Below are positions 49,803 to 59,785 of a stretch of DNA of 64,000 nt, one piece after another (the first letter of the stretch is position 1; the number at the start of each line of letters is the position of its first letter). The stretch lies in sequence record OR699282.2, one strand, 5' to 3'. The notes below the pieces were generated by a model. The model did no database searches, had not been told where the DNA came from, and saw only the letters and a program-made list of their open reading frames with translations. The translations under genes and the position numbers were made by a program.

Positions 49803-50285
49803 ATGGCTAATGTAAAATCATTCATCAAAGCACTGGTAGCAAATGAAACTAACGTCGCGGCTGAGATCCTGGCTGAACTGGATAACGATACCATGAAAGC
49901 GGTACGCAATAATTTTAACATCGCGTACAGTACTGCGAAAGAACTACAAGCAAATAAAGCGGCAGAAATTGAAGCGGCAAAGGCGGCCCGTGAAGCAGAA
50001 CTACAAGCAACAATCGAAAGTATTCAGGCGGCAGTAGTTGGATTGGATCTGGAAGTAGTTACAGAGATGGCACAAAAAGCCCTGGCGGTTAAGTATGGGG
50101 AAGACAAGCCAGAAGTAAAAGCCAAAAAATGGATTCAGGAACGCGTAGCGGTAGTACTGGACAACGGGGAAGAATATCTGATTCCGGTGCGTGGTAACTG
50201 TATTGCGGTAGTACTGGACGCGATTAACTCCAGTGGTATGACTCGCGAGGAATGGATCGAAGCTCATCGCAAAGTTGAAGCATAA
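49803..50285 (+). CDS. H-NS/MvaT-like nucleoid protein (distant)
   Basis: Ala/Glu/Lys coiled-coil N-half; C-terminal beta-hairpin then AVVLDAINSSGMTREEWI, echoing the H-NS C-terminus. Confidence 0.45.
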   Translation: MANVKSFIKALVANETNVAAEILAELDNDTMKAVRNNFNIAYSTAKELQANKAAEIEAAKAAREAELQATIESIQAAVVGLDLEVVTEMAQKALAVKYGEDKPEVKAKKWIQERVAVVLDNGEEYLIPVRGNCIAVVLDAINSSGMTREEWIEAHRKVEA

Positions 50286-50570
50286 CAATTAAAGTACTGA
50301 ATCACTAGCCCACCTTAAACGGTGGGCTTTTTTGTGTTTATCGTTTACCAGGCCACCAGCACCGCCTAGAAACGATTCTAACGCATTAAACTGATTATCT
50401 GATGCATTGCCCTAGCTGGTGGCGTTAAGGTCGTTGTAATGCGATTGAGAGCGTTTAAAGTATTTTGCAAAAAGTAATAAAAAGTACTTGCACGATTAAG
50501 AGATTAGCGTATAATGTTTTACATCGAGAGGGGGAAACGGTTCTCCTTCCAAATCAAAGGAATCAAAACA

Positions 50571-50798
50571 ATGGCTATTATCATTACTCGCGTATCTGGT
50601 ACTACTGGCAACGAACAAGTAGTTGCAGTCATTACCAACAAGGAAGGTGCGGAATTGCAAAATGCAATGAATACCTGGGCCGTTAATGAGTTCGGTCAGT
50701 GGGCAAGTGTAGCATACATTGAAACCTATCAAGTGCCGTCGATTAGTTTAACTGATTTGGGCGTTGAGCGTATCCTTTGCCTGGATGAATTAAATTAA
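50571..50798 (+). CDS. early hypothetical protein
   Basis: AAGGA RBS. Confidence 0.75.
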   Translation: MAIIITRVSGTTGNEQVVAVITNKEGAELQNAMNTWAVNEFGQWASVAYIETYQVPSISLTDLGVERILCLDELN

Positions 50799-51118
50799 AA
50801 AAGTACTTGCAAAGTAAATCGAATAAAGTATAATACATTACATCAAGGGGAGAAATGATTCTCCCCACTACAAGGAAACTAATATGAAAACTTGTCAATG
50901 TGGTCAGAAATCTATTACTGGTTTAAAGCGGGGCGTTGCTCTTTGCCAGTACCATTATAATTTACAAGTATGGGGTAAAGAATGGGCCGACCAGGTGGAA
51001 GCAGCAAAGAAAGCAAAAAGTAAGTAAAAATATTATCACAGTACTATTGACATAGTTTGATAGTACTGGCATAATAGATTTTATCAAAACGACACATATT
51101 AATTTAAGGAATACCAAA

Positions 51119-51442
51119 ATGGCTAAAACTATCATCAACACCGTTTCCCTGGCTGCAATCCGTGCAATCAATGTTGACGGTAAACGTTGGACTGATTCAT
51201 ATGGCAATACTTATCATTCTTGTCATGTAAGCGTTGAACTGGATAACGGTTTGAATGATCTGGCGGTTGAATCATTTACTTATGGCTATGAAGATGCATA
51301 TCAACAAACGGCGTTTGATCTCTTAAAGGAATCAGTAGACGGGCTTGATACTGTTGAAACCTCCCTTACTCGTTTATGTAATGATTTGTCTATCCCGTTG
51401 CATTGTACTGTACAGAATGTTAAACGTAAAAAAGATCTTTAA
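51119..51442 (+). CDS. early protein, paralog of 58327
   Basis: RWTDS.GNTYHSC.VS..TYGY..V.RKKD. Confidence 0.8.
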   Translation: MAKTIINTVSLAAIRAINVDGKRWTDSYGNTYHSCHVSVELDNGLNDLAVESFTYGYEDAYQQTAFDLLKESVDGLDTVETSLTRLCNDLSIPLHCTVQNVKRKKDL

Positions 51443-51522
51443 TTAGCTTTACTTTATGCAGATACTTTGATATAGTGTCTGCATAGGGGAAAGAAATTAA
51501 ATTAACTTAAGAGGATAGTATA

Positions 51523-51792
51523 ATGAAAAATATCAGTACTTTAATCGATGCAGGTACACATGTTCGTCGGTCTATGGTTACAACCAGTACTACAAAACAA
51601 GTAGCAAGCGGTTATCTTGTATTTGTGCACGATGGAAAACTCCTGGAACGTTCAATCAATTTTGATGTTAAAAACAATTGCCGTTTTATTATCTTTAAGC
51701 GTGAACAATATAAAATCGATTTACCAGCGAAGCCCATAAGCGGGGCGTACAACGTGCAATCATTGTTTGAGCGTCAACCATACACCTATTAA
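51523..51792 (+). CDS. early hypothetical protein
   Basis: GAGGA RBS. Confidence 0.75.
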   Translation: MKNISTLIDAGTHVRRSMVTTSTTKQVASGYLVFVHDGKLLERSINFDVKNNCRFIIFKREQYKIDLPAKPISGAYNVQSLFERQPYTY

Positions 51793-51843
51793 TCAAAACA
51801 TCGTTAGCGGTCGATTCAGGCCGCTTATATTGGGGATTATACC

Positions 51844-52116
51844 ATGAACGTTAATCAAGTACTGAATGAGATCGAAAGCATCATTAAACCGATGAAGCGT
51901 ACTGATGCTATGTTAACACCGGAAGAATGCCGCCTTTATGAGCGTTACAGCGTCGAACAAGTCCAGGCAATGGCTATGGCTACCCCAGCCGTTAAACCGC
52001 CTGAGAATGCGTTACAGGACGTTACAGGGGATTATATCATTAATCCAGTACTAGGGAAGATGGCTGCAATCACCGAAGATCAACAAGACTACTTAAGCCA
52101 GTACTTAAAAGGTTAA
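51844..52116 (+). CDS. early hypothetical protein
   Basis: GGGGA RBS. Confidence 0.7.
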   Translation: MNVNQVLNEIESIIKPMKRTDAMLTPEECRLYERYSVEQVQAMAMATPAVKPPENALQDVTGDYIINPVLGKMAAITEDQQDYLSQYLKG

Positions 52117-52121
52117 TTAAT

Positions 52122-52331
52122 ATGCTTACTGTACAGGATAAGATCGACATCTTAAAGGTTAATATGTATGTGATTGATGCAGTACCTGGTAAAGTATTTG
52201 CATACGATGACACTACTGTAAGCAATTTCTACTATAGCCAGGACGTGGGGGATCTTTCTGTACAGTCGGTTATTGAAAACGTAGTTAATGCAGCGTATGA
52301 GCATTTACTTTCAAATAGTACTTGCAATTAG
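52122..52331 (+). CDS. early hypothetical protein
   Basis: AAGG RBS. Confidence 0.7.
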   Translation: MLTVQDKIDILKVNMYVIDAVPGKVFAYDDTTVSNFYYSQDVGDLSVQSVIENVVNAAYEHLLSNSTCN

Positions 52332-52629
52332 TTTTTAAACGCGTATAATGTTTTACATGAAGGGGAGAAATGATTCTCCCCACTAATTAAGGAATATGAA
52401 ATGAAAGCATCAAAAAAGAGTAATACTAAGAAAGCACGTTCAACCTTAGATGGGGTATTCCCTTTACGTTTCGTTGATGAAGTAGTTTCCTACCCGCCGG
52501 GCCTTACTCCTGAGATGGTAGAAAGTTTGCGTAAATCTAAAAAATAGTACTTGCAATTAGTTTTTAGTACTGTATAATAGTTTACATGAAGGGGAAAACG
52601 TTCCCCTTACACCTAACGAGGAAAGTATA

Positions 52630-52881
52630 ATGGAAACAATTTTAATCAAAGACACTGCTACTACTGTAACTTATGATAATGATTGCATTATCCCAGGGAC
52701 TGAGTACGGCGAACGTGTACCCGTTCAAGTAGAGATTGATACCACATACATCGACAAGGCTGACCAGTGTATCACTATTGTAATTGGTGAATATCGTTTT
52801 CTACCAGAAGAGATCCAAAAATGGCAGAATATGATTGACCGTGCGAAATTAGTCGCACAAAGTTTAAAATACAAAGTTTAA
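52630..52881 (+). CDS. early hypothetical protein
   Basis: GAGGA RBS. Confidence 0.75.
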   Translation: METILIKDTATTVTYDNDCIIPGTEYGERVPVQVEIDTTYIDKADQCITIVIGEYRFLPEEIQKWQNMIDRAKLVAQSLKYKV

Positions 52882-52967
52882 AATAATACTTGCAATTAGT
52901 TTTTAGTACTGTATAATGTTTTACATGAAGGGGAGAAATGATTCTCCCCAATAACAGGAGAAACAAA

Positions 52968-53120
52968 ATGAAACAATACAACGCTCGGTTTGATGTTACT
53001 ATCGGTAACGGCAAAGGTCAATTCTCTTTCAGTACTCGCCGCAGTTATACAGAAAACTTCCTGCGTAATTGTGCACTGACCGCCGCTCAAATTAAACATT
53101 ATTTTCAGGCTAAAAAATGA
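52968..53120 (+). CDS. early small basic protein
   Basis: AGGAG RBS. Confidence 0.7.
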   Translation: MKQYNARFDVTIGNGKGQFSFSTRRSYTENFLRNCALTAAQIKHYFQAKK

Positions 53121-53359
53121 GATCATTAGCTTATTACAGTTCGGCCCTGGTCGGTGCATTGATCGCGGCGTTGTTAGTAACCTATCTATTCTTTATGGTG
53201 ATTTAAATGAATCCAACAGGTTTAAACTATAAAAGTTGTTCGGCATTTACGAAAGCAAATAAAGCGAATGCACGTAAAGCGAAAGTACAGGAATACATCA
53301 AGCAAGGCATGACGCGAAAGGCGGCGATTCTAAAAGCTAAAAATAAATGAAAAAAGTGG

Positions 53360-53445
53360 TTGACTCCGGTCAGCCATTTTGCTATTATATATTCATTGAG
53401 AGATAGCTCACTAGCCCACAGGGTGCAGGAGTGTATCTATTGTAT
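53360..53445 (+). ncRNA. double-hairpin element copy G
   Basis: cassette promoter; UGAG-AGAUAG-CUCA; GCCCACAGGGUGCA; GUGUAUCUAU. Confidence 0.6.
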
Positions 53446-53571
53446 AATGTTTGAGTACTGAAAACTATTTTAAAGTATTTGATAAAAAGTACTTGCAAAC
53501 TATCTCAATAAGCGTATAATGTTTTACATCGCAAGGGGAAACGGTTTCCCCTAGTAATAAGGAAACGAATC

Positions 53572-53913
53572 ATGACTATCTCAATTGCTCAATCTAACTT
53601 TGAAAATGAAATCATCGCCCAGGCACTGCGTTTAAATGATGGTCGGGCCGAAATCAATTACGGTTTCAATTCAGGCGGTTGTGAAAAATATCAGTACTTT
53701 GTAACGGCTGATGGCGGTGTCCTGGGTATCAATACAGTTATTGTAAACATCCAAAAAATTAATTTCAATGATCCAGACGATAGCCAGTTTTACATCACTG
53801 GCGTAGACGTGAACTATGAGGATGACTCACTAACTGATGATCACACTGGTGAGCGGTTAGAAAGTGCATACGGTGAAGATGATTATCAGTCCGGTCCAGA
53901 AGATTTCGAATAA
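53572..53913 (+). CDS. early very acidic protein (possible DNA mimic)
   Basis: Asp/Glu-rich C-half YEDDSLTDDHTGERLESAYGEDD. Confidence 0.75.
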   Translation: MTISIAQSNFENEIIAQALRLNDGRAEINYGFNSGGCEKYQYFVTADGGVLGINTVIVNIQKINFNDPDDSQFYITGVDVNYEDDSLTDDHTGERLESAYGEDDYQSGPEDFE

Positions 53914-54008
53914 TATAAAAAAATAGTTTGACAATAGATTATAGTACTGTATAATAGTTTACATCAAGGGGAGAATAGTTCTCCCCACTAACAGAGAGAG
54001 AAAACAAA

Positions 54009-54221
54009 ATGGCTAATATCCGGTCGAAATTAAAAAATGCAAAACAAGTTTTATTTTCAGATCATGAATACTTTAATAAAGATATTACAGGAGTTACAAG
54101 TATCAAGGAAGTAAAAGAAAAAACCGGCGTTTTGTGTGATGTGCGATTAGTTGGAACATTTGGGAATAACGTGCTATATCGCTGCGGTGATTACAATTTT
54201 ACACTGACTATCATTAACTAA
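54009..54221 (+). CDS. early hypothetical protein
   Basis: own promoter. Confidence 0.7.
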   Translation: MANIRSKLKNAKQVLFSDHEYFNKDITGVTSIKEVKEKTGVLCDVRLVGTFGNNVLYRCGDYNFTLTIIN

Positions 54222-54840
54222 AAATATTATCACAGTACTATTGACATAGTTTGATAGTACTGACATAATAACTTTTATCAACTACACTACTAAGGAATTA
54301 AAAATGGCTATCATCGCAAAAACTGAAATCATCGGCCTGGATTCTATCATCATGACGTTTGAAGATCAAAAAGGTATGTATGTGGTTTCCTATGGTGATT
54401 ATGTTCGGGAGTATGAAACGGTAGACGAAGCCTTTGAAAGTTACATTCGCCAGGTGAATAAAGCATACGACGACTACCGCTAAAATATATTACCAGTACT
54501 ATTAAATCTATTGACAATGTTTGATAGTACTGTATAATAAGTTTTATCAACAGTAGTTAACTTAACCTAAGAGAGAAACAAAATGATCGCACTGGATTCA
54601 TTCATCGACGCAGTACTGGCAAAAACTGGCGAGGATCTGACCGCAGAACAATACGCAATGATCGAGCAATGCCAGCAAGACGGTAAATCGGTGAAAGATA
54701 CTGTTAAGATTATCCGCAAGATGTAAGATTATAGCCCACTGGTTAACGCTGGTGGGCTTTAATTCATTACCCTATACAATGCCAGTACTAAACCGTTTAT
54801 CTCGTTAGAATGCGTTACAGGACGTTTAACAATGATTAGC

Positions 54841-55029
54841 ATGAAATCAGTACAAAAACAAATAGAAACATTATCAAAAATTAAACGTAAACAGTACTCC
54901 TTAGAATATACAATCAATGGTAACTATCATCTAATGAAAGAAAATAATTTTATAGTCATTGATGAATCATTGCAAATCATTAGTATAGTACTGAAAGCAT
55001 TAATCAATGACAGAAAAAAATTAAAATAA
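54841..55029 (+). CDS. early hypothetical protein
   Basis: ORF track; weak RBS. Confidence 0.5.
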   Translation: MKSVQKQIETLSKIKRKQYSLEYTINGNYHLMKENNFIVIDESLQIISIVLKALINDRKKLK

Positions 55030-55033
55030 ACTA

Positions 55034-55115
55034 TTGACAATATCATCCAGTACTGGCATAATACTTACATCAAGACGAGAACGTCACTAACCCATAGGGT
55101 GCACAAATGTAACTG
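55034..55115 (+). ncRNA. double-hairpin element copy H
   Basis: TTGACA-17-CATAAT; GACG-AGAA-CGUC; ACCCAUAGGGUGCA. Confidence 0.6.
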
Positions 55116-55360
55116 TATAATATTGATCAAAAAATGATCTGATCAATACTTGATCAATTTGCGTAAAGTAGTATAATTCTATGCAGTTGGTTAGACGAAA
55201 GGTTATGATTAGTAGTGCAAGTGTATAAAAATTTTCATGGTGTATCGTTCCGCACATATGGGGATGAATATGTGGTATCATGTGGATTGGAAAAAGTAAG
55301 AACAAGTAATATTATTGTCGCATTACAGTACTATAGTATTTTTATAATGAGGTTAAAATA

Positions 55361-55618
55361 ATGGCTGTAGGATTCGCGAAAGATGGGGCCGAACAAGACG
55401 AGATTAACGCAGTGATTCAGGCTGCCGTTAACCACGCTAGAAAGCAAATTAACGCACAAATAGAATCACTGATACATTGCCTCGACTGCGGCGATATAAT
55501 CCCTGAGAAACGACGCCAGGCCGTTAAGGGATGTAAGTACTGCATAACTTGCCAGGAGGATCATGATAGTACTTTTAAACGTCCCCCGCGTAATTGTTGG
55601 CATAGATCTATGAGATAA
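55361..55618 (+). CDS. TraR/DksA C4-type zinc-finger protein
   Basis: CLDCGDIIPEKRRQAVKGCKYCITCQE; N-terminal acidic DE tip. Confidence 0.9.
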   Translation: MAVGFAKDGAEQDEINAVIQAAVNHARKQINAQIESLIHCLDCGDIIPEKRRQAVKGCKYCITCQEDHDSTFKRPPRNCWHRSMR

Positions 55619-55682
55619 AAAGTAATTGACAGTACTGAAAGATAGTGTATAATGTTTTATATCTTAACTGAGGATAGTAATC

Positions 55683-56039
55683 ATGGGAATACAACATATC
55701 ACGCGTACTACTGACAATGGCGAGATCACTGGCTATCAAGTACAGGGCAAAGTAGCACAATTGCAGTACTGGTTTGTTAAACGTGGAATCATTGCACCGG
55801 ATCTTGATTATGACCGTGTAGCGTTTATTGATTCTCTTTATGTTGATCCTGATAGTCGGGGCAATGGTGAAGGTAACGAATTAATGAATGCCTTTATCGA
55901 TGCCGCCGATGATTCAGATTGTATCATCTTAGAATGCGATACGGGAGAAGATAACGCCTTTAATCTTAAAGAATGGTACGAAGGTTTCGGATTCGAGGTA
56001 TTGATAGATAGTGAATATCCTATCATGATTTTATCATAG
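55683..56039 (+). CDS. GNAT-family acetyltransferase
   Basis: IDSLYVDPDSRGNGEGNELM (acetyl-CoA motif A); WYEGFGF. Confidence 0.85.
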   Translation: MGIQHITRTTDNGEITGYQVQGKVAQLQYWFVKRGIIAPDLDYDRVAFIDSLYVDPDSRGNGEGNELMNAFIDAADDSDCIILECDTGEDNAFNLKEWYEGFGFEVLIDSEYPIMILS

Positions 56040-56117
56040 TACTTGCATTTAGTTTTCAGTACTGTTATAGTACTTGCATCAAGGGGAAACATCTTCCCCT
56101 ACTAAGAGGAAATAAAA

Positions 56118-56306
56118 ATGGAAAACTTATCAAGTATTTTAGTACAAGATGATTTCGGTAATCCTGGAAGTGCTATCATTGTTCGGGGTAATAAAGCAAC
56201 ATTTGTTATTGCTGGTGGACCTGTACAGCGTAGCATTAAAAACAATGCCGTTACTATTAATAATGTACGCTATCGCTTAGATAAAGAATTGATTCATAAA
56301 CTGTAA
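56118..56306 (+). CDS. early hypothetical protein
   Basis: GAGGA RBS. Confidence 0.7.
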   Translation: MENLSSILVQDDFGNPGSAIIVRGNKATFVIAGGPVQRSIKNNAVTINNVRYRLDKELIHKL

Positions 56307-56333
56307 TATTAATTTAATAGAGGATAACAATAA

Positions 56334-56657
56334 ATGTACATTCATACTACTATCACAAAGGAAGTCCGTTGCCAGTTCGAAAGTATTCCGGGCGTATGTT
56401 TCATCACTGGTACGTTTTCCCCTGGTGATCGTGATAATCCAGTACTGTTACAATTACGCCATCCATCATGGGATAAAGCATTTGATCTACCGTTGAATGA
56501 ATTCGCAACTACTGCTGAAAAGTACATTAAAAATATTCGCGAGAATGATCGACTATTCATTAATGCTTTTAGTGATTCCGCGTTAAGCGAGATCCACGGC
56601 GTATTGGTTGCAATCATGGAATCAATGCAGAAAACTAAATTCAAACAAGGTGAATAA
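56334..56657 (+). CDS. early hypothetical protein
   Basis: GAGGA RBS. Confidence 0.75.
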   Translation: MYIHTTITKEVRCQFESIPGVCFITGTFSPGDRDNPVLLQLRHPSWDKAFDLPLNEFATTAEKYIKNIRENDRLFINAFSDSALSEIHGVLVAIMESMQKTKFKQGE

Positions 56658-56740
56658 AAACTATTGACAATGCAATCCAGTACTGTATAATAAGTTACAT
56701 GAAGGGGAGAAATGATTCTCCCCACTGAGAGGAAAGAAAA

Positions 56741-56953
56741 ATGCAAGGTCAACTAATCGTTCGTAAATGGTCTGATACTAACGAAAAACCGTGGGATGTA
56801 CAATACATCGGACCGGATGGGGTATCACGTTATCAGCCTGGCGTAACGCATAGTACTGAGCAATATGCCGCCGCTCACCGCGAACGCCTGTTAGAATCCA
56901 TGAAACAGGGATACGGTGAAAAATTCATTCAAGATCATTGGCTGAAAGATTAA
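56741..56953 (+). CDS. early hypothetical protein
   Basis: GAGGA RBS. Confidence 0.75.
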   Translation: MQGQLIVRKWSDTNEKPWDVQYIGPDGVSRYQPGVTHSTEQYAAAHRERLLESMKQGYGEKFIQDHWLKD

Positions 56954-57397
56954 TAGAAGGAGTACAGCTTATGCAAATGAATCCGATGATTATTGTTTTA
57001 GCTGTACTTATGATCATTCATGCAATTGTAGAAGTATTAACGCAATCAGGAGTAATAAAATGATTCAAGTAGAATTATCAGTACTGAAAGATCTGTTTTA
57101 TCGGTTAGGTACTACTGGAGAGTATCCTAAAAGTGATACCGCAAAACTTTTTGTATCACTCGACTTATGGCAACGCGAACAATTAGTAATGTCCTGGCGT
57201 AAAGGTAAAGCAGATAGCGAGGTGAAAGCATGAAAGAATTCTTATTCGAAGTAGTGTTTCAAGGTGTCGGTAGTAACCAACTGATTCGCTCAAGTGGTTA
57301 CAATGTTAACCAGGCATGGAATAACATTAAACAAATGTACCCGAACGCTATCACCTATCGCAACCCGAAAGAAGTTTAAAAATAATTGAAAAAGGGA

Positions 57398-57475
57398 TTG
57401 ACTCCGGTCAGTCCCTTTGCTATTATATACGCATAGAAACAAATCAGCCCACAGGGTGCATAAATGTATCTATTG
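57398..57475 (+). ncRNA. double-hairpin element copy I
   Basis: cassette promoter; GCCCACAGGGUGCA..UGUAUCUAU. Confidence 0.55.
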
Positions 57476-57551
57476 TTAGCTGGTGGCTAGTACTGAAAAC
57501 TATTTTTAAAAAGTACTTGCATTGTACTTAGAATCAAGTATAATGTTTTAC

Positions 57552-57624
57552 ATCAGGACGGGGAACGAAACAAGTAACCCCGTTAAGTAGTCCAGGAGTA
57601 AGACATACGAAAACCTCCCCTGAT
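57552..57624 (+). ncRNA. pseudoknot RNA copy 2
   Basis: own promoter, no ORF; UAAGUA GUC CAGGAGUAA GAC AU ACGAAAA CCUCC. Confidence 0.65.
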
Positions 57625-57693
57625 AAAAAAGATTGACAATAGTTTGAAGTACTGATAAAATAATCACATCAACTACTGATAAGGAAACATAAA

Positions 57694-57969
57694 ATGCGGA
57701 TTCTACTGACAGCTAACGAAATCGAACAAGTACTGACTACTAACCTGGAAGACTGGAAACGTGAAGCAGATATCCAGGCGGTTCAATGGCTTAACGATAA
57801 GTTAACGCCGGATGACTTAAGCAAGATTGTAGATCCTCAATTCTACGAAGATATTCACGACACCGCGTTAAGCGTCGAGGATGTACTAGATAAGCACTAC
57901 ATTGATACTGATTTGCAGGTTTACGGTCGTAAAAACTTTATCACTATTCACGATATTTACAATAATTAA
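57694..57969 (+). CDS. early acidic protein
   Basis: AAGGA RBS; Asp/Glu-rich. Confidence 0.75.
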   Translation: MRILLTANEIEQVLTTNLEDWKREADIQAVQWLNDKLTPDDLSKIVDPQFYEDIHDTALSVEDVLDKHYIDTDLQVYGRKNFITIHDIYNN

Positions 57970-58055
57970 GTATTGACAAAGTATCTTAGTACTGTATAAT
58001 AGTTTACATCGAGAGGGGGAATGGTTCCCCTCCTAACTAAAAGAGAGAAATAAAA

Positions 58056-58238
58056 ATGGCTAAGTGCACTATCTGTAATAAAGAAATAGTATTAGTTCCA
58101 AGTGCCCGTGAACGTGCCGCTCGGTTCGGTGGCAAAGCGTCAGACTATACAAAAATGTTTACTGCCCATACAGCTTGCCAGGTAGCAAAACGTTCACAAG
58201 AAAGCGTAGAATTAATGCGTAAACTTTCCAAAAAATAA
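58056..58238 (+). CDS. early small zinc-binding protein
   Basis: CTIC..H..C. Confidence 0.75.
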   Translation: MAKCTICNKEIVLVPSARERAARFGGKASDYTKMFTAHTACQVAKRSQESVELMRKLSKK

Positions 58239-58326
58239 GTATTGACAAAGTATCTTAGTACTGTATAATAGTTTACATCAAGTGAGGGGAAACGGTTCCC
58301 CTCCTAACAAAGAGAGAGAAATAAAA

Positions 58327-58650
58327 ATGGCTATGATCCTTACCCAGAAAGTGGAACTGAAAATTGTAACCTCCTTTGACATTAACGTTAATCGGTGGAC
58401 TGATTCACACGGCAATACTTACCACTCTTGCTACGTGTCTGCTTTAATTGGCGACCGCTGGGAAGACCTGGGACACGAAACCTTTACATACGGTTACGGT
58501 ACACAAGGCGAATACACGGGCTTGGAGATCATTAAAGAAACCGTTATAGGTTTCAACCCGAAAGAAAAAGTTATTCACCGCATCGAGGAAGAGATCAACA
58601 AAGAAATAACAGTTCGCTACCACGATGTAAAACGTAAGAAAGACATGTAA
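58327..58650 (+). CDS. early protein, paralog of 51119
   Basis: RWTDSHGNTYHSC. Confidence 0.8.
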   Translation: MAMILTQKVELKIVTSFDINVNRWTDSHGNTYHSCYVSALIGDRWEDLGHETFTYGYGTQGEYTGLEIIKETVIGFNPKEKVIHRIEEEINKEITVRYHDVKRKKDM

Positions 58651-58736
58651 TAGAATCCATTTAAAGTACTATTTGACATTGCCCAGATAGTACTTTATAA
58701 TAGACTCTAACTTGTAGTACTAACTTAACTAATAGG

Positions 58737-59141
58737 ATGTATACCATGATTACTAAATTCTACGCTACCCGTGAAGCTGCCCGTATTGTTGCACGCGAGG
58801 AAGGCGAAACATTTAAAGACATGGGCAAAGATGCACCGAAAGGTCAACGCTGGGCCGTACAGTTCAAAGAGATCTCTGATATTGTGAATTCACCGGAGCC
58901 AGTACTAACAGCAGCAGAACTAAAACGAGCGGATTTACTGGCGTCAATACTTGATGCACAAGATGAGTTTATCGCTGATTCTGATATCAAAGTACAGACA
59001 AACCATACCGCATGGACTCACGCGGATCACCTGGCAAACCTTAAGCGTCCAAGTGAACTGATTCGCAACCAGAAAGAGATCCGACACGACCGTAAGGGTA
59101 ATCGTGTAACAGTATACAGTAAACGCCGCCAGGTTATCTAA
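58737..59141 (+). CDS. early protein, paralog of 45558 with central insert
   Basis: shared N- and C-terminal motifs. Confidence 0.75.
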   Translation: MYTMITKFYATREAARIVAREEGETFKDMGKDAPKGQRWAVQFKEISDIVNSPEPVLTAAELKRADLLASILDAQDEFIADSDIKVQTNHTAWTHADHLANLKRPSELIRNQKEIRHDRKGNRVTVYSKRRQVI

Positions 59142-59202
59142 TAACTTGCAGTACTAACAACACGGCGGGATCAGTTCCCGCCTTTTTTATAGGACAAACA
59201 AA

Positions 59203-59457
59203 ATGATTAAGGTTCAACTATATAAAGATAACATCTTACGGGTACACTATAAAGCACCACAGAGAATCATCACAAAGGCCGTACAGCTTGCTAATGAGTT
59301 TATTAATGGTAACCTATTACCTAGGAAGTTAAGCAACGGGAAACTGCGTGTAATCGACGTGGACACTAACAACAGGATAGTAATCGAGAACACAGGAAAG
59401 ATAAACCTTTATGAGCATCAACAATACAATAAGAAAATAAAACTAATATCACGTTGA
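59203..59457 (+). CDS. early basic hypothetical protein
   Basis: AGGA RBS. Confidence 0.7.
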   Translation: MIKVQLYKDNILRVHYKAPQRIITKAVQLANEFINGNLLPRKLSNGKLRVIDVDTNNRIVIENTGKINLYEHQQYNKKIKLISR

Positions 59458-59511
59458 CAGTACTCAAATGTTTTAGTACTATATGTACATACCAACACGG
59501 GGAGAAACAAA

Positions 59512-59754
59512 ATGATTACTTTAGAAAAACGTATCAAAGAAACTACATCGCTGGTGGAACTGTTAACAGTACTCAAATGTAAAACTACTCGGTTTAGTAC
59601 ACCGGACTTTATTAATATGGTTGATGTTAACGGTCGTTATCGTATTGCAGTAGAACAAGGCACGGCAAAAGTATTCAGTACTAAAAACACTAAGGAAGTG
59701 ATTCACGCGGTTAGTGTGAAAAAAGTGGTTGCCATTGATAGTAAAGTACTGTAA
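59512..59754 (+). CDS. early hypothetical protein
   Basis: GGGAG RBS. Confidence 0.75.
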   Translation: MITLEKRIKETTSLVELLTVLKCKTTRFSTPDFINMVDVNGRYRIAVEQGTAKVFSTKNTKEVIHAVSVKKVVAIDSKVL

Positions 59755-59785
59755 GATAGTTTCATTAACTCAAGGAGAACATGCA

